Shown in pieces: positions 55,658 to 64,000 of a stretch of 64,000 bases of DNA. A model generated the notes under the pieces. The model searched no databases. It worked only from the letters and a program-made list of their open reading frames with translations, and was not told where the DNA came from. The first letter of the stretch is position 1. Each line of letters starts with the position of its first letter. The translations under genes were made by a program, and so were the position numbers. The DNA lies in assembly GCA_949358305.1 (NCBI GenBank), contig OX442314.1:27218001-27282000 (forward strand). The letters run 5' to 3'. The stretch is from Strigamia acuminata (lineage: Eukaryota).

Positions 55658-58600
55658 TTAAACAAATTTAACTTTAACATTAAATCCTTTCTCAATACCA
55701 AGAGTGCCGGATTGGAAAAGCAAAACGAGGTTGTTGGTTGCTGACGTGATGGTTTTCCCACTCAATTCTTCACCGCAGTATCTAAGTAGGAAAAACAAGG
55801 TACGTATGATAAGGAAATAGTGTTATGGGCTACTTTTTTGTGCCACTACATCAGTGATACGGCATTCGTTATTTTCGTGATTTTAATTTAGCACGTGGAA
55901 ACGCCTTGTTAAATAGTTAGCGAAAAACTAGCAAAATATTAGCGATAAAATAGCTAAAATTAGCGATTTTTTAGCTAAATGGTACAAGTTAGCGATAGCG
56001 ACAATTAGCTAAATGTAAATTTTGGGGGAAAAGCGAAACTTCAGCGAAGCTATTCTTGTTGGTTAGCGATCCCAACACTGACCGTGTTATCGGTACACGA
56101 CACAGGTACTTGGAGTCAGTGCAAAAGTATAAAGTTGGGTTCATTTCAAGACCGCAGGAGTGTGTAATCCATAATTGTTTAAGCCAAACTTATTATTTTC
56201 AAGGCGTGCTGTGATTGGCTGAGAGCTATCGATATCGGTTCGGTTCGTCAGCGTAAGTTTTCTCAAATCGATGTATTTCGAGGTGTTAGCTTCTTATTTC
56301 CTAAAAAGGGGGGGGCTATGACCGCCTTTGACCCCCCTAGACCTCACCTTGTCTGTTTTTAGCAAATTAGACAGAACAGGGTTTTTCGTCAATGTATTTC
56401 AATGCATTTCTCAACCAATCACAGCGCGCTTTGAAAATAATACGTTCACGTCGGACGTTAACGTAGCCACTGCGTTTAACTTATTACTTTAAAGCCATCA
56501 AATATACTTACTCTTCTCCATTGTACATATCTTTTGCCCGTACTTCAAATATATCAAAATAACATTCTTTCTTTCCGTCAGTCTCACGTCTAAAGATAGT
56601 GAATGTGGTAAAAGTTACTTCGACTTTCTGATTTTCAGGAGCCTAAATAGTTAATAATTAAGTAAAACAAAAAATGAATAGACATAATTTCTTACCTTAA
56701 TCCACCAGACACATTTTAAATCAGAGACGTAATAATTAGGATAATTTGGAGATGTGATTGTTGAACCACTTTCAGTGATATGCCCTCCACAAGGTGCTGC
56801 AATAATTTTCAATTTTTAAGCTATTCTTCATTTTTAAAAGTTTAAATGTTTTACGCAAAATTGGTTCTTCTTTTTCGCAGGTTTTGCCACCAAACCCTGG
56901 TTTGCACGTGCATCTGCACGAGGAATCCACGTAGCCCTCGTTCAAGCAAACTAAGTTTGAGTTACATTTGCCTGTAATTTTTATTTAGTTATTATTGAGT
57001 AAGATTAATTCAGACAAGCATTCTGCACAAATAGAAATACACTTACTGTCGCAATTGTACATTACATTTGCGAGCTTTACATCGTAAAAACTCAAGTGAT
57101 TTCTTTGGCCTATGAGAAACTCCTTGGTAGGATCAAGAGGGACAATTGTTTTCTTATCATTCGTTGAGAAAGCCTGCAGATAACGGGAATATATTATCGG
57201 TACACACGAAATAAAATAGTGGACGATTCAGTTTTTTAGTCTACATTTAAGTTAAAATATAGTGTATAAACGGAACCCGCAGATAACGTCAATCGTTAGC
57301 TCACAAACACCCGAATAGAATTTAATGTGCAGAGAATATAAGTCAAACACATGGGGAGGAGTTTCTGTTGTACTTCTTCGGCCCTCATATCTGACCCTAA
57401 TAAATCAATGTCGATCACCGACTGTGTGGACGTTTGGTCAAACCAACTAAATCAATAAAAGGGGAGAAGAAACCAAAGTTCTTTATTTGATTTTGCAATT
57501 ACTTCACTCGCATTGCGTTACAACGTCTGTAAAGGAGGAGATTTTTTCATATACCAACAGGAGGAGTGTCCGGTCAAATGTCTGCATTGAGACTTAGGGA
57601 AGGGTATAGTCTTCGCTCTTCTATATTTACACTAGGGGGGGAGTCAGAACTGTAAGTAAAGGCGAAAACGTGAGAATGTCACTGCGCAATACCGTATTTT
57701 ACCAAATAAGAGCCACGGCTCTTATTCAAAAGGGGCACTCTGAGCCGCGGCTCTTAATCGAGGGCGGCTCTTATTATAATTGTTTACCATATTTTGATTG
57801 GAATTTCAATTTTTTCATAGAAATTTTACTTTTTTCAATTGAAAATTCACATTTTTTCATTAAAATTTTACTTTTTTCAATTGAAAATTAACTTTTTTTC
57901 ATTGAAATTTTATTTTTTTCATTGAAATTTTATTTTTTTTATTGAAATTTCACTTTTTTCGTTAAAATTTTACTTTTTTCAATTGAAAATTCACTTTTTT
58001 CAATTGAAAATTCACTTTTTTCAATTGAAAATTTACTTTTTTCAATTGAAAATTTACTTTTTTCAATTGAAAATTCACTTTTTTCTATTGAAATTTCACT
58101 TTTTTCAATTGAAAATTCACTTTTTTCAATTGAAAATTCACTTTTTTCAATTGAAAATTCACTTTTTTCCATTGAAATTTTATTTTTTTCATTAAGATTT
58201 TATTTTTTAGTGAAATTTTAATTTTTTCTATTAAAATTTCCCTTTTTTTTAAATTTTCTATCTAAATAACCATCATCATCGACGAATTTTTCATTAACCG
58301 TTTCCTGTTCGGTTACAAAAGCCCTCGAATAGTAGTCGCGGCTCCTATTTGAGGGCGGCTCTTATTTCAAACCGCCTCCCTGAGACGCGGCTACTATTCG
58401 AGAGCGAAAGGATTGGTCTTAAGGAAATTATACTGTACTTACAAACATGCCGTAGTGCATTACTGAATCATAGTCATATGGAATGGAATAATTGCTGATG
58501 TAAGTTTGCTTTTTGAAGTTTTCCCTTCTTTCAGCATCGTAGTTTGCGGAGATTATTTTAATGTAGTTATCACGGTCAGTTCGAGCATGTTCGTGATGAA

Positions 58601-59688
58601 ATCCAATAGCATGGCCGATTTCATGAGCTATTACGTACAACTTAAAGATAAAAATACAAAAAGATAATTTCATTAATGCTTCTAGAACAGAAATTATGTA
58701 GCCTACATATAGAAAATGGTTTTACCTTATCACAGCCATAACCAATGGAGACTTCTTGACCATTATGCCAAGATTTTCTTCCTACATCTGAATTACATCT
58801 AATATGTTGCAAAAAAGACAATAAATCAAGCATTCAGATTAAAAACTGTCAACTGACCCTGTCTTTTTAACAAAGAGAAGGTGTGGTTCATTGTAGACAT
58901 CATTTACTGGTATTTCTTTGAAGTGTAAGCATGTTCCATCTTGCCATATTTTCATTGCCTGTTCAATAGAACTTTTTTGCCCATGAGCTATTTAAACAAA
59001 TATCAGTTTAGACTGTTCAATTTACTTTGGTATCTTACTTACAACTCAGTGTAATCTTGTATGGAACAACTCCATCTGGCCATAACCAGTTTTTCAAACT
59101 GTGACCTTTTCTGAAGTCTACAGGTCCATCACCATAAAACATTTCATATTGCTCATCGGACATAATCATGTCTCCTTGAAATAGTTTCTGTCCATCTGAA
59201 GTGGTTTCAGGATAAAGCTCTGAATTCTAAAGGTAAACACAAATGAAAAATGTATTCTAAGGGTTTCAATAAAGACGAAGAGTTTGGAAATAATCGAAGC
59301 GACGGATTTTGACATATGGACTTTTCGAACACAGTTTGTGCACTTTGTGTCGTAAAGTCGGTGACTCTGGCCTCTGACGATGAATGTGGCCACCATGGTT
59401 TTTTTTAAAAAACAGGAAATGCGTGACAAAAAATCTAAATGTTTGATATGGGTATTGTAACTCTACCTAAGACCCACCTAAACACATAGTTAACAGTTTT
59501 GTAGTTATTAAATTGAAGGCGTTATTAACAATTTACTAAAAAAATCGGCCACATTCACCCGACGTTACGGTACATCAAAATTGGCATAGCAAAAACATAG
59601 GGTGCTATTTTAGATCATCACTTACACATCCAGCAATTATTAGTATGATTGGCAACAATAGTTTTGCTGTAGGGTGCATTGAAGCCAT
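55658..59688 (-). CDS. Secreted astacin-family (M12A) zinc metalloprotease with EGF-like and CUB domains, 10 exons, 415 aa
   Basis: Exons: 59688-59626 (signal peptide MASMHPTAKLLLPIILIIAGC), 59226-59043 (prodomain LFQGDM, WPDGVVPY), 58987-58858, 58798-58726, 58640-58443 (HEIGHAIGFHHEHARTDRD, Met-turn SVMHY), 57173-57047, 56971-56855 (EGF CLNEGY..CRCTCKPGFGGKTC), 56796-56696 (CUB CGG..ITSPNYP..CVWWI), 56642-56512, 55781-55658. All introns are GT-AG with consistent phases; AATAAA overlaps the stop. Confidence 0.93.
57692..58410. mobile_element. CCGTA-type MITE with internal 21-bp minisatellite, in an astacin intron
   Basis: TA|CCGTATTTTACCAAATAAGAGCC start, GCGGCTCTTATT subterminal repeats, array of TTTTCAATTGAAAATTCACTT at about 57800-58250. 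Right end is degenerate. Confidence 0.6.
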
Positions 59689-60719
59689 GGGATGATTCTT
59701 GAGGTTCAGTAGTGCTCAGTGGTCTCTATACAAAGTACTTGAGAAAGAAATTTGCGCTTGGCTTCAAATGAATATTTTTTAACCTTAGAAATGTATGAAG
59801 TAAAAATTAAGATAAATTTTAACTGTTGTAGTTCCAAATTGTTAACGAGTTCATTTTATTTTACTTCATGAATGTAAATTCATTTATTCATTCATTCATT
59901 TATGTAAATGTTGATATGCAATATGAACCAAACTGTATCTACATGCCATTCACATCGACCATATGAGCAAATAGAGACATAAATTTCACAACAATTTTTA
60001 TTTTATTCTATTTTATTTATATTTTTGGTCAACTTGTGACGATGTCCCTTTGATATCGATTCTATTGAGAAGCGATATAAACCATTACCCTGCAAGACCA
60101 CTGTTTACAAAGTGTAACTATTTGGATAGGCTGGGTACACGAGCGGTTGAACAAATAGCGAGTAATAATTAGACACAACACCCAATTCCGTTTTTACACG
60201 ATGTCTCTCTAAAGATTTTTTTAAAAAATACACAGTAGCTGAAGCTGTATTCAAAAAGTCGTGTTTTAAGTGATTTTGATGTTTGTGTGTTTGTTTTTGT
60301 ATAAAATATGATGATGCGCCACTGGCATAAGTTTAATCGTTTCATTTCCTGGAGAGAGAGTTACGTATCGTATCGCCCCTAGTGGCAGTGAGCTGAATCA
60401 TTTATACTTTAAACAACAACTAAAAATTATCTTTTGGAGTTTGGTGAATATTTCTCCTCGAGTGTCTTCATGGGGCAACAAAAATATTTATTTCAAATTC
60501 ACACTTGATTTACACCGTTTAGAAGTATTTTTTCTATTATTCATTTAAATTATTAGTTTACATATTTCCCACTATGTGGTACCGGCTCCATCTTGGCTGT
60601 TATTCAAAATCATTCAAACTCCGCTCACACAACCATGACGCGGATATTTCAAATTTCTAACCAACTCATTCTTTAATAAGAGCAACGGTTATATTATTTA
60701 TTATTATTATTTAATCAAA

Positions 60720-62491
60720 ATGAACGAATGCAACATGAATGTCGGACCGTACAGAGCAACTAAATTGGTAAGTTAAAAATCTAAAAAACGAACCAAATTA
60801 AAACACAAAACGATGATTACCACACCCTACAGTGGAACGAAGTTGTCCGCAATTTCCGGAGTCAAATGCCACGAAAACGACACCGCAAACACGTGCGACA
60901 TTTCGACGATTGTTTCACATCATCCGAAGCCGTCGATTGGTTGCATTGTTACATGCAAAACAACCCAAACTTTAACCCATGCGTTACGAGGTATTGAAAA
61001 TATAAAATCGCAAAATCAAATACAACATTTTTTAAATTCAAATAGGGATCAAACGTTGCAATTGCTCAAGAAATTCGTTGAAAATGGATTATTCGAAGAT
61101 ATTCGGGGCGTCAAATGTGTCGATCCGGACGAGTTTAAGGATAATTGCGAATTGTACAGGTTTAATTTGAAGTCGCCAATGAAACTAACACGAACACCAC
61201 GTATGCCGCTATTAAAACGAAACGTAGAAAACGACGACAAAGATTACGTTGACATGAAAAGCGAATTGCCCAAATGTCACTTGGTGGCCAGGCAGTTGTC
61301 GGTTGTTGATTTAGAAAATACCTGGTCAAATATTATATTAAAAAGGTAAATTTAAATTAAAGAAATATATTTATTTGTTTATTTATTTATTTGTTTTGTT
61401 TTTAGATTGCAGGAGAAAATGGAATTGCCGAATTTGGATGCGCTTTTGGACACCGCGAGCGTAAACTCCAAATATATCATCCACAACGCAACCAAAATAA
61501 ATAAAAATGGCGTCGCGGTGTGTTTAGATAAAACCAAAGAGCTGCCACATTGGATTATATCTGCCATGAAGTGTTTAGCGAATTGTAAAAATTAATTTTT
61601 TTTAAAAATATTTTATACAAAAAAAATTTAATGACATAAAATAAAATTAAGGGCCAAATGCGAGCGGAACAGGAAGTTGTTTACCGAATTATCCCGGCTT
61701 CCAAATGGACGTATTCGCCGTAGTCAAAGATTACTTCCGAAGTTTGGACGCCCCGCTCCTAAATTATGACATTTTTGTCAACGCTTTCGGTAACACCTTT
61801 TTTCCCTTGAAAAAAAATAATATAAATAATTTATTTTATTTTTATTTTTTGAAAGTACGATCTGAATATTTAGATGCGGGTAAAACTCGGCCCGCTTCGA
61901 CCGCTCCAACGCCCTTACAATCCCACAAATCACTAGAAAATATTATCTCGAATGGAAAATCAATCGAAACACTCAACGAAACATCCGTTCTTTCGTCCGA
62001 ACAAATAATGAACGTGACGCTTCCGCCCTCGCTGTGCTTTGAAACGGCGTTCACGTCCGCGGAACCCGTCACGCGAATCATACCCCAACAACAACAATCG
62101 TTGTCAAACAGCTCCGCTATTCATTCGTGCCCGTCTCCATTTTATTTACACGATCCAAGAGGTGCGAACTCGATTTTTGGGAACTCGTCGGTTCGAAGAC
62201 TCGAAGGGAAGTGCGGCGGATACGACAATTTGGCGTATTTGGTTCCGAATAGCGAGGAAAATGAGGGGAGTTTTGACATTAAAATGTTGAAAGAAGATTC
62301 GAGTTTGAGTTCGTATCATACGGTTCCTTCGTGTGTCAATCCGGACGCGAAAAGAGGTTCGCACACTTCGTCTTCGTTGTCTTATCGTACTCCGTGCGGT
62401 AATGCGCAACCGGAGCGAAAGCGAAGATGGTGTAGTTGGCCAAGTAAGCGACAGGCGATCGAAGAGTGGGTGCGAAACTCGTGCTGGCCTG
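60720..62491 (+). CDS. DEPDC1: DEP domain-containing protein 1-like (DEP + RhoGAP-like); 5' six exons, probably continues beyond the window
   Basis: Exons: 60720-60767, 60833-60990, 61046-61345, 61406-61584, 61652-61789, 61856-62491 (last donor G|GTAACT is tentative). The translation GPYRATKL|WNEVV..MPRKRHR..CFTSSEAVDWL..TRDQTLQLLKKF and LPHWIISAMKCLAN|WP..YPGFQMDVF..DYF..PLL matches DEPDC1A/B hallmarks. Confidence 0.88.
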
Positions 62492-62534
62492 GTAACTAAC
62501 ATTATGCTAACACTTGTCTATATCTGTCTAATTT

Positions 62535-63720
62535 ATGATTTTTTTCGGTAAAAATTAAGTTTTTTGTTTATTTTTTCGGTAAAAATTAAGTTTTTTGTTT
62601 ATTTTTTCGGTAATAATTTAATTTTTAGCTGATTTTTTCGGTGAAAATTCAATTTTTAGTTGATTTTTCGGTAAAAATTTAATTTTTAGTTGATTTTTTC
62701 GGTAAAAATTTAATTTATGATCGGCTCTGAACAAAACGCAGGGTACACCCAAAATGGGGTACCCAATTTGGGTACCCAAAATTTCCTGAAATGATTAATC
62801 AAATTTTTTACAAATTTTCAGAAATCAATTTAATTTTTATTATGCCCACTGTGATTGAAACAGACTAAATCTGTTGTGGCACTCACTTCCGGAACTGCCA
62901 GCCCTTGTCCCATATAGACGATCATAACATTTTCATGTATTGAGATCGTGGGATAACCAACGGTCACTTTACTTTTCAATAATCGGCCCTTGGTGGAGCT
63001 ACGAGACCCGGAAGTGGTCAACAGACTAACGGGACATAAAATTATCCAAATTAAACACAAAATTATCCAAATTAAACACAAAATTATCCAAATTAAACAC
63101 AAAATTATCCAAATTAAACACAAAATTATCCAAATTAAACTAAAAATTATCAAAATAAAACTAAAAATTATCAAAATAAAACTAAAAATTATCAAAATTA
63201 AACATAAAATTATCAAAACATTTTTAAAAAATCATCAAAATCATTTAAAAAAGAAAGAAAAACTTTACCATTACCTGTTATGATCCAAACATGTTAATAT
63301 TTTTATCTGGTTGATTGAGTAACTCCTCCTGGTTTTGTAAAACCAAAAAGGAGGAATGATTTATCTTAAAAAAACGAATCAGTTATATTTGTGGAAGAAA
63401 TAATTCACAATCAATGTTATCATTTTTATACATAACTTAAATAATGTCAAAATATAACAAATCTTAAAGAAAAGTGCATTTTTTTTTTTTTAAATAGATA
63501 AATTTCGTTGCACTTGGGTACCCAAATTGGGTACCCCATTTTGGGTGTACCCTGCGTTTTGTTCAGAGCCTTTATGATCGATGTTTTTCGGTAAAAATTT
63601 AATTTACGATTGATTTTTAGTTATGGTAAAAATTTAGTTTTTAAATCGGTTTTTTTAGGTAAAAATTAGATTTTTAATTGATTTTTCAGGTAAAAATCGA
63701 TGTTTAAAAATTAAAAATTG
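62535..63720. repeat. 31-bp minisatellite (TTTTTTCGGTAAAAATT...) interrupted by the Mutator-like MITE
   Basis: CGGT recurs every 31 bp (62546, 62577, 62608, 62639) and resumes after 63579. Confidence 0.85.
62723..63570. mobile_element. Mutator-like MITE (848 bp) with 9-bp TSD
   Basis: Near-perfect TIR of about 55 bp (GGCTCTGAACAAAACGCAGGGTACACCC...). TSD TTTATGATC at 62714-62722 and 63571-63579. Internal 21-bp tandem array. Confidence 0.9.
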
Positions 63721-63754
63721 ATTTTGGAATTTCTAAATTGTAAAAAAAAAATTA

Positions 63755-63973
63755 TACTAGAAAGGCCAGACCAGTTTTGGCCATTCTAGGTTAATTGCCT
63801 TTTTTCTTATTATTTTTTAAGAAAAAATGTCACGTTTGCTGATTTATGATGTAAAACATCACAAATCAGCTACTAAAGTAAAAAGAAATAGCATTGTAAA
63901 CCCATCGAGTTTATTGCTGCAGCTATTTTAAACAGCTGTACCGGTCAAAATGACCGGTCTGGCCTTTCTAGTG
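63755..63973. mobile_element. piggyBac-like MITE
   Basis: ACTAGAAAGGCCAGACC...GGTCTGGCCTTTCTAGTG|TTAA; left TTAA is degenerate. Confidence 0.55.
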
Positions 63974-64000
63974 TTAAAAATTAAATTAATAAAATTAAAA

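Noticed and set aside
59085..59100. Apparent frameshift in astacin exon 2
   Set aside because: Recounting the T-run (5 T) keeps the frame: SLKNWLWPDG.
60372..60390. CTCF-like site between the astacin gene and DEPDC1 (GCCACTAGGGGCG)
   Set aside because: One base short of the CTCF core spacing.
57939..63283. Heptad-repeat ORFs EFSIEKS and KHKIIQI (also 4216-4513 and 13203-13502)
   Set aside because: Tandem-repeat artefacts within MITEs or introns.

Overview
AT-rich, intron-containing invertebrate (probably arthropod) genomic DNA; species cannot be named from the sequence. Three host genes were reconstructed exon by exon: (1) a complete POMGNT1 orthologue (+, 13 coding exons, 22564-54891, 662 aa); (2) a secreted astacin-EGF-CUB metalloprotease (-, 10 exons, 59688-55658, 415 aa); (3) the 5' part of a DEPDC1-like gene (+, from 60720). 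The first coding intron of POMGNT1 (about 23 kb) holds an intact, very young 13,163-bp Ty3/gypsy LTR retrotransposon on the - strand (24270-37432). It has 1179-bp LTRs with one visible difference, an ACTT TSD, a tRNA-Pro-like PBS, a PPT, and a -1 frameshift signal between gag and pol. The most unusual feature is a 3.7-kb accessory region between pol and the 3' LTR, containing a small ORF and an 891-aa non-env ORF. Promoter-like motifs and one splice donor with two alternative acceptors each just upstream of an ATG suggest a separately regulated, alternatively spliced accessory unit (inferred, not demonstrated). A predicted leader intron would also remove the PBS from gag mRNA. The remainder is dense with MITEs, 20/21/31-bp minisatellites, a copia remnant, and 5S- and tRNA-derived fragments.
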